A DNA stretch of 64,000 bases from Azolla caroliniana (Eukaryota > Plantae > Polypodiophyta), in assembly GCA_043228905.1 (NCBI GenBank), contig JBHGNT010000018.1:5270001-5334000 (forward strand), given 5' to 3'. Below, one piece after another: positions 51,187 to 63,886 of this stretch (position 1 is its first letter; every line of letters starts with the position of its first letter). Below the pieces are notes generated by a model. That model was not told where the DNA came from. It did no database searches and worked only from the letters and a program-made list of their open reading frames with translations. Position numbers and translations under genes: made by a program.

Positions 51187-54081
51187 ACTCTACCTTCAGT
51201 TGTTGAAACAAACCTTGGAATATTTTGCAGCATTTTAGCGAGAACATTGATTACCTTGAGGCTTGCTTTTGCCACATGTAATGAAACTTTGTCGTGTTTA
51301 TTATGAGAGATTTTTGTTTCAAAATTATGGCTCCTGATTGCATTGAAGTTTTATCTCTGTTTCTATCACAAGATTAATTATAAGGACGTTGGAATTTCTA
51401 TTGGATTCAGTTAACTTCATAAATGGTGTGAATGTGAATGCCAATTGAAGCGATCACACTGGCTATTTACAAGTTTTCTCATACTTGTTAGGTCTACACC
51501 TAAAAAGAACCTTTTAAATAGGTGAAATTTGATAATTTAATTTGCATGCATCTTAATAGTAAAGTAATTATTCTCTTTGCTTCTTGTACTTTTCTGAAAG
51601 CATGGATGGTCTCAAATCTCATCTAAACCACCTCTTGTTATTGATGGCCATTCTTAGCCATCTCACAAAATGTTTAGTGATTTCATTGATAACGGCTAGG
51701 CTTGGTTTTGCCACTTGTAATGTGAAATTGTGATGTTTATTGCATGAGGGTTTCATATGCCAATGCCGTTGTGGATGTTGTAATTTGCGTCAATGTGAAT
51801 GTCAGTTTGATAAGAGTTTTTAACCTGTATCATGGCATGGCCACTCTCAGCAGGATGGTTACTGAGGGATTATTCAGTTGACACTATTAATGTGAAAAGT
51901 AGGTTAGGTAGCTTGATAATAATGAAAATCATTTGTAGCCTTTTTCATTTAGACACCATCTCCCATCTAGTGTCTAAGAACATTAAATTTCATGACTTTG
52001 AAGTATAGTTATTATTTCATGTTAACATGCAATAAACTGTCTGATATAAGAGAACAATAACGTATGAACAAAAACATCCACCAATCAATGGTAGAAATAA
52101 ATCTATTGTATAGTTGAAGATTTATAACTAATATTGAAGTGGTGATGGGTTGAACAAACACCAAGTAGGAGTGTGCTCATCAATTGGAGCGACTAACAAT
52201 ATATTATCTATTGTATCAAAAAAACTTTACAGAGTTTTAAGACTCACTCAATACTTAGGCATTGAATTGTATCTGTATTTGATCATTAAGAGCACATGAA
52301 CTCTAAGTCAAGATGCATTATTTCCTCTAGTGTAATTGGGCTTCAATATAGACATGTATTCCTCATTAATTGCTACATTGATGAACTCATTGGGCATTTC
52401 TATATTTTCTATGCAATTGAATAGTAAGAGATTTTGTAATTGTCATTCAACAAAAGTTTGGGAGCAAGACATTTAAGGAAATGTAAGGTCGATTAATCAA
52501 GGTTTATGTCCAAAGTATCTGCTCATGATAAATTTAAAGGGAAATCAAGTTCATGACTAGGACTTCATTCTCAATCTATCTATGCCTTACAATCAACAAT
52601 AACAAGTCACATGCCTTTTGATTGAATGTTAGAACCCTCTATCTGCATTCAAACCAATCTTAGTGCATGAATGTTCATTCATGCAACTACATGGACGATT
52701 GGTTCTTCATTGATCCCTTACATTGTTCTTGTAATGTCACATAATCCTACTCATACATAACATGGCCTTTGTCGCAGTTCCGTAGTTTCTGCCATTACCT
52801 GGAGTTGAAGGTTTCCATTCTCAGAGAGCCAGAAGGTGGTAGTGGTAGAAGAAGAAGAATTAAAAGAACATGAAGAAATGGAAGCATGGCTCTGAGTTTA
52901 GAAATGGATATTTCTATTTTTATGTAATAGTGTAGCCAATAACCCATGGAGGCTAGAAACCAAAGGAGGAGGAGGAGGAGGAAGAAGAAGAAGAATAAAA
53001 AGGAGTAGAAACAGGGGAGATTGGGAAGCCAGCAGAAAACAGATTGTAAACAGAGTATGTATTCTTATTCCTTTAGATAGTTATGCGTGTTTGTCTACAT
53101 ATGGTCCATGGCTCAAGATAGTGGTTTTAAAATGCTGAGCGAGTTCGGGTATGCATCTTTATCTCTCGAGGAGGAATGGGCAAGTGAGTCTTTGTTCTTC
53201 TCTAAAACTCTAATGGTCGTCCATTTAGGGATTAGGATTCAATGGTGCATCTCCATCTCTTGGGAAACAATGTGCAAGTAAAGCAATCTGTTATTGTCTA
53301 AACCATAATTGTTATTCATTTAGGTTTAGGAATGCATGATACATCATTATATCTTGGAAGCAATGCAAATAAGTTATTTTCTTTCTGTTATTCCCAATTA
53401 AAACTTTCCATCTCCATGCTATGGAATCATGTGCTGATATGTGAGCTATTCCTTTTTAAACACCTAATTTTTATTTCTTAAGGGTTTAAAGTTGCAGGAC
53501 ACATCAGTAAAGTTATGAACTTGCTTTTAAGTTCCACTGGATGTATTAAAAAGAGAAACAAGACATGTCTGGTATGCATTGATGGGACTGTAAGATTGCT
53601 GTTAGACAGTGGCAGCTAAATAGAAGCACAGAGCCAAGCAGCCTATGTTTGTACAGCTGGGACAAAGTGAACTATTATCATACAAGAGGCTAAATTGTTT
53701 CTCTATACAAAGTAGTGGTGTAAGTCAAGTGACTGTTGGATATCAGCCTTTAAATAAATAAGGAATAAAATCTTAGTCCATATACATGCTGGAAAGAGAT
53801 AATTGTAGAGAGGGAAAATCAGGGAAAAGAGATAATGTAGAGCGAGGATGTGTTTAGCAAGAGCTTGTTTCCGAAATTGGGGGTGCTACCTGCGAACAGT
53901 AACCACATTCATCTGTGATTTCCATGGAATAATATCTATGATCAAAACATACATGAGTCATTTTGTCTTTGTTTGTAGAAGGTCAATTGCAGCTGGACAG
54001 GAGATTAAGCCTTAGTTAACTTTGAAAAGGTGAGAAAAGTTTGATGGAAATGCGGGATGTTGGATTCGTGTCCCATCAATA

Positions 54082-56094
54082 ATGCCGGTGCTTTTTCTGC
54101 CATGTGTGGTTCAGTTGGTTTCTCTGGACAATATTATTGAGATCCTGCAGAAATGTAGAAGAATCCGTAGTTGGGCCCATTCTAAGAATGTGATTATGTA
54201 TATATATTCTAGTGGTTTGGAAACACATAGAGTGATTGGAAACTACCTTGTACCTATGCTTGTAGAGTATGGAAACTTGCTTCAAGCAGAAAAAAATTTC
54301 AATAGATTGTTACATCGAAAAGAGCACTCTTGGACATCCCTTATACAAGCGTATGCAGAATGTGGTAAATCTTCCCACTCTCTTTATTTATTTGAGAAGA
54401 TGCGACAAGATAATGTATGTCCGAGCAGTCACACCTTTGTGGCCATGTTGAAAGCTTGTGCCAAACTGAAGTCTATGGAGAGAGGTCAAGAGTTCCATAT
54501 GGAAATAGCCCAAGAGGGTTTAGAGATGGATTTCTGTATAGGAAGTAGTTTAGTTCATATGTATGCAAAATGTGGTTTTCTTCTGGAAGCGCAAGAAATT
54601 TTTAATGAGTTACCAATTAAGGATGTTATCACATGGACAGCTTTAATCTCTGGGTATGCAGAGAATGGAAATACTTTAGTGGCTCTGAAGTATTTGAAAC
54701 AGATGCAAGCGAATGGTTTGCATCTGGATGGAAATACATTCGTGTGTTGTTTGAAAGGTTGCGGAAATCCAGAATCTCTAGGTATTGGTCAAGAAATACA
54801 TCACGAGATTGTAAAATATGGATTTGAAGGTGATCTTATCGTTGCCAATAGTTTGGTGGATATGTATAGCAAGTCTGGTTCACTTTTAGAAGCATCAGCG
54901 GTGTTTATGGATTTAGAGGTTAAAGACGTTATTACGTGGACTTCTCTCATTTCAGGCTATGCTGAACATGGGTGTAGCGAAGAAGCTTTGACATGTTATG
55001 GGAGAATGCAAGAGGAGGGTGTGTTGTCAAATAATGTTACTCTTCTATGTAGTTTAAGAGCTTGTGGTAACATAAAGGCCATAAATCTGGGAAAGGAAAT
55101 GCATTCTCTGATTGTCAAGAGAGGGCTTGAAAGCGATGTGTCAATTAGTAGTGCGTTGGTGGCTATTTATGGAAGGTGTCAGCTCTTTATAGAAGCACAT
55201 GGTATTTTGCAAAGGCAGGAAGTGGAAGATGTAGTATCCTGGAATGCATTGATGAGTGGATATGCTGACCATGGACTAGTTGAGGAAGCTATGAAAGCTT
55301 TTGAAATAATGCAAACTAAGGGACTATACCCAGATAGTGTTACCTTTATTTGCATCTTGAAAAGTTGTTGTAGAAATAAAGCCATAGGTAGTGTCAGACA
55401 CGTACACATAGAAATTGCAAAACAGGGCAATGAAAATGAATTAACGGTGGGTAATGCTTTGATGGATTCATACGTGAAGTGTGGGTCACTTGCAGACGCT
55501 GAAAAGGTTTTCAATAGCTTAAAGGTCCAAGACGTGATATCGTGGACAGCACTTATTGCAGGGTATGCCTTTCAAGGTATGAGTGAGATTGTATTTTATT
55601 TGTTTCAAAAGATGGGAGAGCAAGGTATTTGTCCAGATGCAATTGCGTTGCAAAATATTCTCACTGTGTGCAATCATTCTGGTCTGGTAGATAAGGGGTA
55701 CACATATTTTGAGGCTATTAGTAGAGAATATGGTGAAACTCCAACTATCAATCACCACAATGCAATGGTCGATGCCCTTGCTCGAGCAGGACAGTTGGAA
55801 GAAGTGGTAGAGATGCTAGATAAGATGCCTTTGCAACCTGACCATGTTACATGGTTAAGTGTGCTTAGTGCTTGTAGGAAGTGGGGGCATGTGAAGCTTG
55901 GTGAGAAGGCATTTATCAATGCGGTGAAATTAGATGAAGAAGATGATGCGGCTTTCTTTCTTATGTACAATATCTATTTAGATGCTGAAATGTGGGAGGA
56001 TGCTAGGAGGATCGAGATGATAAAATTAAAAGCTTCAGGTCGAATAAAGGATGAGAGAGTTATAGAAATACATAATGTTATCCAAAACGTATAA
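54082..56094 (+). CDS. PLS-class pentatricopeptide repeat protein with E domain and no DYW domain (organellar RNA editing factor-like), 670 aa
   Basis: Repeating P-L-S triplets (DVITWTALISGYAENG, TFVCCLKGCG, VANSLVDMYSKSGSL). C-terminal LTVCNHSGLVDKG, MVDALARAGQL and VTWLSVLSACRKWG E motifs. Ends with no HxE/CxxC/DYW. The frame stays open back to 54034, so an upstream exon is possible. Confidence 0.93.
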   Translation: MPVLFLPCVVQLVSLDNIIEILQKCRRIRSWAHSKNVIMYIYSSGLETHRVIGNYLVPMLVEYGNLLQAEKNFNRLLHRKEHSWTSLIQAYAECGKSSHSLYLFEKMRQDNVCPSSHTFVAMLKACAKLKSMERGQEFHMEIAQEGLEMDFCIGSSLVHMYAKCGFLLEAQEIFNELPIKDVITWTALISGYAENGNTLVALKYLKQMQANGLHLDGNTFVCCLKGCGNPESLGIGQEIHHEIVKYGFEGDLIVANSLVDMYSKSGSLLEASAVFMDLEVKDVITWTSLISGYAEHGCSEEALTCYGRMQEEGVLSNNVTLLCSLRACGNIKAINLGKEMHSLIVKRGLESDVSISSALVAIYGRCQLFIEAHGILQRQEVEDVVSWNALMSGYADHGLVEEAMKAFEIMQTKGLYPDSVTFICILKSCCRNKAIGSVRHVHIEIAKQGNENELTVGNALMDSYVKCGSLADAEKVFNSLKVQDVISWTALIAGYAFQGMSEIVFYLFQKMGEQGICPDAIALQNILTVCNHSGLVDKGYTYFEAISREYGETPTINHHNAMVDALARAGQLEEVVEMLDKMPLQPDHVTWLSVLSACRKWGHVKLGEKAFINAVKLDEEDDAAFFLMYNIYLDAEMWEDARRIEMIKLKASGRIKDERVIEIHNVIQNV

Positions 56095-56297
56095 AGCATG
56101 GTTGCTGAAAAGAAAATCAGCAGAATTTCTTGAAAAACTCAATTACTCTGTGAATTGTATTAATTCCTTTGATAGTGCCATTATGGACAAGATCAATTGC
56201 ACCAAATAAGCTTTCTGCAAGCAAGCAGTTTCTTGCAGTACGTGCTTAGTATAGGATACCCAAGAGGTGAACTTTAACATCTCTAGATTCTTGGAGA

Positions 56298-56425
56298 ATA
56301 TTGATGTCATGTATATCATGAAGTGAATGACCACGGCGTATATTGATTTCACATATATCATAAAGTCAATGATTGGGACTTTATATTGAGGTCATGTACA
56401 TCATAAAATCAAGGACTAGAACTTT
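56298..56425. repeat. Degenerate ~42-bp tandem repeat x3 downstream of the PPR gene
   Basis: ATATTGA..TCA..TA.ATCAT.AA.T.AA.GA occurs three times in tandem. Confidence 0.65.
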
Positions 56426-57334
56426 TAAAGACTATCTTTCTACTGTTTTGAGAGATCATTCAATGTGGGTTGGTTACCGGTCACTGGATCTTGGAGATGC
56501 GTTTTATGTCACAGTGGCTCTCTCTATGAGGGATTGATCCCTCTTGTTTCTAAAAGGGTGGGATAAACATTTGCAGATTTCTAGGAGGAGATTCTGTGCA
56601 CGAATGGTTTTAAGTGCTCCGATTAATTAGCACAAATCCTAAAAGAGCTAGAAATCATCTATTTTCAGCAATGATGAGACAGAGGCGTTCCAGGTATGCC
56701 AGGTCATGATATACCTAGCTGACTCCCATCAGCAATCCAAAAAATCTCACATGGCCTTTCCACATGCAGACTTCACTTGCTTTCCAATGGCAGCAGCCTA
56801 AGATATCTGGGATTCCATAAGGTGTTGATATCACGTATCAATACTCTACACATACTCCAGAAGAAATTGATTTCTTGAAGCTGTGTGAATCTTAATTTGG
56901 GAGGCAAGGTTATGGTCACTTACAAGGTACCCTTTATCAATCAAGGTAAATTCTCATGCTTCACTCATCTTTTTGATTCGTAAAGTTAACTCTTAATGAG
57001 TTTATATTGGGAGCTTGGGAAGGTTGAGTTGTTGTTACCACCAACGGGAGTTAGTAATTTCTGTACAGTAAGTGCTTGAGTGAGATTCCTCAAGTAGCTG
57101 TTCAGCAAGACGACATATCTGAATGCATATCGACTTGCTTGGTTATTAAGCAAGATGACATGTCCGGACACATGCTCATTTCCCTAAGTAAAAGCATTTG
57201 ATCATTGATGATACAACAAACACACCCTCGATGATTTTCAACCTCATTAAGGCTCAGGTTTGTGTCAAGAATATTATTGAGTGTACCATGATTTGATGTC
57301 TTCCTCTTACTCAAACCTCATGAATTGCTCTATG

Positions 57335-58090
57335 TTATATATGCAATTCCCATTTGATACTATCTAAGATGTATTCGTGTGCAATACAACTAAACTGTTT
57401 TATCCAAATTGAGGGTAACCTATCATGAATGAAGCCATTCAAGAGAAGCCATGTGGTTGGATTACGCTTAAGGAAGCAAAAGCATTTTCCATCCACCGTA
57501 TAATATGCATCAATACAATCACAATCATCCAAGCATAGTTGTTTGCACCCCTACCTATTATCATCCATGGGTGCTGTAAGGTTGTAATAATAGTCTCTCT
57601 GTTTGTATTCAGCCATGCAAATCAACCCATTACTATTATTAGAATTTAGCACCTGATCCAGCACATATACTGGTCAGGTTGAAGCTATAGTAATATGCGA
57701 GAGAAACAGATGGAGAATCTATGGTGTGATAACCATCCAGACAACTGAAATTATGAGACCCATCTATGTCTTCTTTTCAAATGCTATAGGCGCCCACAAG
57801 GGCTTCCTAACAAGCATTGGTTGTAGATATATTGCCATATCATATTCCATGTCAAATATGACATGTTCCATGCTTAAATCCTTGGATTTCCACCAAGATC
57901 TAATCGAAGCATACTCATTGCCATGGTTTAATCATCTTTATATGTTTCCATGTTGTATAATATGTGTGTGCCACAAGGGTTTCCTAACAAGAATTTGTTG
58001 TTGATATATTGCTATATCATGTCCCATGCCAAATATGACGTGCTCCGTGCACATATCTGTAGATTTTCTTTGTGGCCTCTTCCTTCATGG
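57335..58090 (-). pseudogene. G-type lectin S-domain (SLG-EGF-PAN/apple) receptor or EP1-like glycoprotein pseudogene fragment
   Basis: Minus-strand translation across stops and frameshifts: MLRLDLGGNPRI*AW...WQYIYNQCLLGSPCG/AYSI*...FSCLDGYHTID...QRDYYYN...GCKQLCLDDCDCIDAYY...CFCF...LLNG...IWIK. This is the RLDxxGNLRIY, C.LP..CG.YGIC, C.C..GF, C...CL.DC.C series of S-domain proteins. An internal ~190-bp duplication is present. Confidence 0.75.
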
Positions 58091-59533
58091 CATCAAGATT
58101 CATGTTGTGTTAAACAATGTTAATGAGTGTATCCATGATATGAATTCTTCATCTTAGCCTCATGACATTACATTGAAGGATGCTACAATGTATCATTTGA
58201 TTTAAATTTGCACAAAAAGGATTGTTCACCTTCCTTGTCTTCTTTGAAGGAAGGATTCATGTGCATATCCAATACGGGAGACTCAAAGAGCCATGTAAGA
58301 TTTTCAAAGCTCAGAAAGCTTGATCAAGGTGGAATTCAAGACATGTTGTATTTGATGAAAATATGCTTGAATAGGAATAATGGTAGATGTGCTAGTTGGT
58401 TCCATGTATGTAGTGTTACATTCCATGTTTGTTCGTTGATTGGCAATGTTTAGGAACTTATGGTGAAAAATACATAATAGTGTTGGACAAGCTTTGGCAA
58501 CATTATTTGATAAAAAATCTCATCATTTGATGACCTTTAGATATGTGAGAAATGTTTTAAGAATAAGGACACTATGGTATTACTAAGGTGTTTTAACAAC
58601 CATGAAGGAGACATAATAAAATGTTTGTTCCTTATGGTTAGATCAAATGACTATGGTGGGTCCATGGGCTTAGCCATGTTTGTCGACTAGAAAGCATGGT
58701 CCAATCATTATGAAATGCAAAGTGTGCCCCGTTATGTGGTTTTGGCTCTTTAAGTCCAACTATGGGACCTCGAATTGCACAAAAGAAAATGCAAAAGAAA
58801 ATGCTTATGTTTATGAAAGTCATCTCCATGTCTATGAATATTTCTTTTTCTCATCTTGAGCAAATTAATCACACGTCATACTCATTACGCCAAAATTCAT
58901 AAATGTGTGTAAGTCATGGTTCATCAATTTTTATGTATTGTGGTCAAGAAAATTTCTATATCCAACTTGATTGTATAAATAAACACTCTCCAATATGAGA
59001 ATGTTAACAATGTGTCACTAAGTGCGTGTCCATATATTTTATTTATTTATTTATGTTGAAAATATAGATTTATAACAATATATTGGTATATCAATACGCA
59101 TGTTAATACATATATACATCATATAGGTCAATAAAATATGAGAAAATAAATAAATAAATGTAGATATTAAGATAAAAAAACACACAATCAAAATACGAGT
59201 ACAAAAAATAAAAGCATCGTAGCTGGGCAAAAAAGCACCCTAATTTAGGGACACAAATAATACAAATAATGTATATGGAGTTGTGTCAGTTGTGGATGAG
59301 GTGGTGCGTGATTTTAGATTTTTTTCATATTGAAATGATTTATTTAGTTATTATTATTATTCTTTTAAAAAAAATTAATGTTTTTTCCCCCAAACCACCA
59401 TCGGGGTGGTGGGATGGTTGTGATGATCACTTGTAGCTACTTGTTGTAGTTAGTTGTGATGACTTGTAGTGGTAGGTCACGTTGAACTACTTTAGGTTAC
59501 TTCTTAGTGAAGCAAATGGATAGGCCGCCGAAA

Positions 59534-60282
59534 TAGGAATCAACAACAGTTCGGTTTAGGCTTCTCAAACCTGAATTGAACCGATCCCTAAACCGGTTTG
59601 GGAGTTGGTTTGGGACAAAAAAGCTAAAGATACCCAAAAAACACCACTACCACTACCACTACCTCTTCCTCCTACTCTTCTTCTCCTCCTCATAACTCTC
59701 ACCCCCTTGGCCTTACCACCGATGAGTCAAACTCAACTCCAAGTCCCACCTCCATGACTCCCTCTTTGTAGAGTCTAGACTACTATGATTGGTCGGTTGT
59801 CATCCATGAATCCCTTGCCTCCCACCACCTGAACCATGAGGCCCGAGGCTATGGCGACCTATCACTCTTGGTGATCCAATCCTTCTCCAAGAATGTATAT
59901 AACATTGGATAGCAAGGAGGTTCCCTGATAATCCACTATGTAAGCTCTCTATCCCTCTCTGTCCCTCCCTCTCTCGTCACTCAACAGTATGTTGCCTATG
60001 GCTTCCGGTCGGTCTCTTTGTCAACTTTCAAGTTCTAAGTTCTAAGTTCTAACTGTCTAATTTCTAACTTTCTAACTTTCTAACTTTTTAAACCCTAATT
60101 CTTAAATAACATAAACGGCTTAAACGGTTTGAGATGGTTTGGCAAGGCTCAAGCCGAGCCGAGGTCAAACCATTTAGGTAAAAGAAAAAGCCTAAACCGA
60201 GCCGAGCCGCTAAGTCGCTAAACAGTTTAAAACTGGTTTAGCTAAATGGTTTAGGCTTGAGCTGAGCTGTTACCGATTCCTA
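59534..60282. mobile_element. Non-autonomous hAT-type element, 749 bp
   Basis: TIRs TAGGAATCAACAACAGTTC / GAGCTGTTACCGATTCCTA. 8-bp TSD CGCCGAAA (59526-59533) / CGCCCAAA (60283-60290). Subterminal AAACCG/AAACGG/GAGCCG motifs. Confidence 0.82.
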
Positions 60283-61619
60283 CGCCCAAACATCATATGC
60301 GCCCGAAGACTTGCTCACTTAAAGCATAGATGGCCCAAATCATGTCGTCTAGTATCTCCAAGCTTTTAAGCCTATCAAACAACTGTTCTCTAGGGATTGT
60401 GTCAAAGGTTTTGCCAAATACCATAAAACAACAATATAATTTCCTCTTGTAAGCCTTGGTTTAGTCAATTAAGCATCTAAGTGTGAAGATATGGTTAGTA
60501 CTAGAAAAGGCTCGTTTGAGGTTGGCTTGTTCGAGTGCTTGAAGATTTAATGTCTCCATATAATGTTGAGCTCTACTTCCATCATTGCACCATATAGTTT
60601 GGCAAGCATATGGGCAATCATAATAGTCCTATATATATTTAGGTCCATGGGACCCCCTCTGTTATGTGTAGGGGCCACTATGTTCATGGTCCACTTTGGT
60701 GGAAAACCCTCTGCAAGGGCACAATTAAAGTGTAGTGTGAGAAAAGGAGCTAGGCACTCTCGAGCATATATGACATGTGCTCAACCTGGAATCCTGTGTG
60801 ATCCATATAGAATTTCTATGTTATAATTTCTTTATGACTTTAGTGACATGGAAAAATGTCCCCATTGTGGGTCGAGGTGTGGAAGGTGTAAGAATGGGTG
60901 GTTGGTTTAGGACTTGGTAAAGTTTCTTTGCACATATGTGCTAGGTGTTAGGATTTTGGATAGTTTTTTGTAGTCTTGGTTGACTTAGTCTCTTCTGGGC
61001 AGTGGCACAATCGCTACTCATAAACATATGGTAGAGATTCCAATATTGAGATACTTACCACACATGTCTCTTAGGACGTGCCATCTTTCACATTTCTTTA
61101 TGGGCTTGAACTAGGGTAATAGTATACTTTAAGTTTTGTATAAAAGTCTCTTCAATCGTCATTGTACCATCTATTTTGTGGCATAGACCCTACTCTACCT
61201 TGCTTGAAATGATTTGTGTGTGGGAAGGTATACATCACTGCAGAGTGAAGGATGTATGTGAGTCGTGTAGTAAGATTCTCTAAAGGAAAGAAAGAATCAA
61301 GAGAGGAGAGATGAACTCAAACATGTCGAGAATAGATCTCAGAGAGCTCATGCGTGAAATGTATTGTGGTGTGATGGCTTGGTTTACTAGAGCTGGTTGC
61401 ATTGGAGGTATCGTTTTATAGCTCAAAATAAAGGAAGCTATGGTCTACACCAATAGGGCATGGGGCCACTCGAAAGGAGTTAATCATGTGGATAACTCCA
61501 GGGCGGCCTATTAGATAGTAGACTATGCTTTCACCTCCTCCATGTGGGATACATGTGAGCTCTTCTAAGCACGATCACCTTGCTAAACCATTATATATGA
61601 TCATTTGGTGCCTACTTTG

Positions 61620-62200
61620 AAGTTCAGGCAGATGATGGCCAAAGTTTGTGGCATTTGCACCTTGGTCTTTTGATATACGTGTGATGCCTATAGCAAAAGG
61701 ATCGATACTCACCATTTCTAGGTTTTTACCCATTTTAAAGATTGTGCATTGTCAAGATTGAGTTCTCTCATTAAAATCCCCTATAAGGAAGGCCTCCCCT
61801 TGAGAAGAGTATTATATTATGTCATCTGATAAAAGGTTCATATGGGGAAAGCCCATGTGGCCCTCCTTGATCAACTAATCTTGTGACTCTCCTTGATAAA
61901 CTAATCTTGTGTCTCTGACCATATTATAATGGGATCCTTTTGGGGAAAAGTAACAAATGGCGATAAATACTGCTTGGTTCTTGGTAATGAGGATTTTGAT
62001 ACACATAAAACAAGCTTTTGGGTCTGTTCGTAGTATTTCTAACCTATAACGTAGCTCACTCTGAAACAATATTGCGGCACCTCAAGATCCTTAAGTAGTT
62101 TGTTGACATGAAGTTTTTCTAAATACTGATTCCTAACAAAAACCTTCAACTCGTCAAAATCCTCTATTTGGGCTTTTGTGTGTTTTTACTAGGAAAAGTA
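61620..62200 (-). mobile_element. LINE APE endonuclease relic (RTE-like)
   Basis: VFIAICYFSPKGS (ORF 61875-62069) followed by EAFLIGDFNERT at ~61760-61796. Many stops. Confidence 0.7.
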
Positions 62201-62639
62201 TATCTAATATCTCTAAAATCTTCTCTAATCGAACAAGGTTGTCTAAAGTGCAACATTACAAGTCTAAAGTGCAACATTACAATCCCACAAGGTCATCCTT
62301 TTTATATTTTCTGTCAAATGGGCCACATATCATCAATTGATGGCACACGCATTTATTATCACTTGTCTATCTCCATAAAAGGCGTGATTCCCCTCTTCGC
62401 GAGCCTACATGACTCATGGCATACATGTCTTGCGATGCTAAATTTGCATCTTGGTAAGGTCTTCATCCAGGTAGATAGGGTCCCCTCGAATTAAAGTCCT
62501 TGGAGAATTGGTCTCTTCTTATCAAAGATCACTAGACTGGATTCTAATTCTTTAAATTAAAGCACTAGGGCTCTCTCTTTCTAGTGGTGTCACGCCCGAC
62601 CCTCCATGTTTAACGTCCCATAGAATATAGCGGGGGGTT

Positions 62640-63185
62640 GGCCGCTTGTTGCAATTATGCCAGTGCAAGGCTCAATCAAGTGGGGAAATATATGTTGGCT
62701 ATCATGGCAGACTGCAATTGGCAAATACGAACATCAGGACGGGATGACTTTGGTGATAAAAGCACAAGAGGTCTTTTTCTCCTCTAGCGGTAATGTCCAC
62801 TCCACTCTTCTTAATGACAAATCTCAAGAGGTGTTGGAATTGGTCAACCCAATAACTCTTTGGATTCTATGGAAACAATGATGTAGGCGAGTCTTCTCAA
62901 ACCAAACCGCACATCCAACAAGGTTACTGCAAGAGATATGGAGTGAAATTGTATCCACTTTGAAGAGCCAATATGATGGCCTTAAGGGCGGCTCCGATGG
63001 AGTTGAAAGACAACAAATAGCCTTCATCCAACAATGGTCGTCCTTTCCCTTTCTTAAGTCAGTGGGCATCCACATAAGATGGAACTATCGCGTCCCTACA
63101 AGGATTTGTACATAATCATCTCATTTGTAAAATTTTATAACTAATGGAAAGAGTATTTTTTTAGAAAAAAAGAAAGAAAAAAGAG
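62640..63185 (+). mobile_element. 5'-truncated L1-like LINE 3' end with A-rich tail
   Basis: ITLWILWKQ*CRRVFSNQ...LLQEIWSEI (W.IW..R...VF motif), ending in AGAAAAAAAGAAAGAAAAAAG at 63163-63183. Confidence 0.7.
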
Positions 63186-63849
63186 ATGCACCTTCCTTGA
63201 GTCAGGTGACAAGTAAATTTAGGCATCAAGCTTGACACATTTTCTTTTCTTTGAGGGCAGTGTTTCCAATTTTTTTATTTTTTATTTTTTAATGTTTCGT
63301 TTTACTACATCTACCCATATTCTTTTAGCTTGTTCCATGTCTTTTTAAACTTATTCTTTAACTTTTTTCATCTCTTCCTTAATATCTTCTAGATAAGATA
63401 TTTTTCTGTCTTCCCTAAATTAGTAAATACCTCGAAGTTATGGATTTGTGTTTTGAGGTCGATGTTTTCTAGTTTGGGTTTTTCTATTTTGACTTTTAGT
63501 ACATCCTTTTCTTCTCATATTTTTTCATGTGTGTTTTTGCTTCTTTTGCCCATTTTTTTATATCATTCTCGATTTTTACTAGACCATTAAAAATGTCTAA
63601 GAAATCATTCTTACTAATGACCTCATCATGTATTTCTTTAATTTCCTTAAGTCGTTTGGAATTCATTTTAGCGTACAGGGAGCAATATATGAAGAGAGGA
63701 GAGAAAACCTAACCAAGCTTGTGTGGACAAACCATTCACTTTGGTGGGTTTGTGAGCATTTTGTCGATTACTTATGCATCCACGCAACACGCAACAACAC
63801 CATAATAGGAGGGAAGTAAGTCAAATGTAGGGGAGCACGACTATCTCAA

Positions 63850-63850
<1 letters not shown>

Positions 63851-63882
<32 letters not shown>
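63851..63882. repeat. (CA)n microsatellite
   Basis: Direct read. Confidence 0.95.
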
Positions 63883-63886
<4 letters not shown>

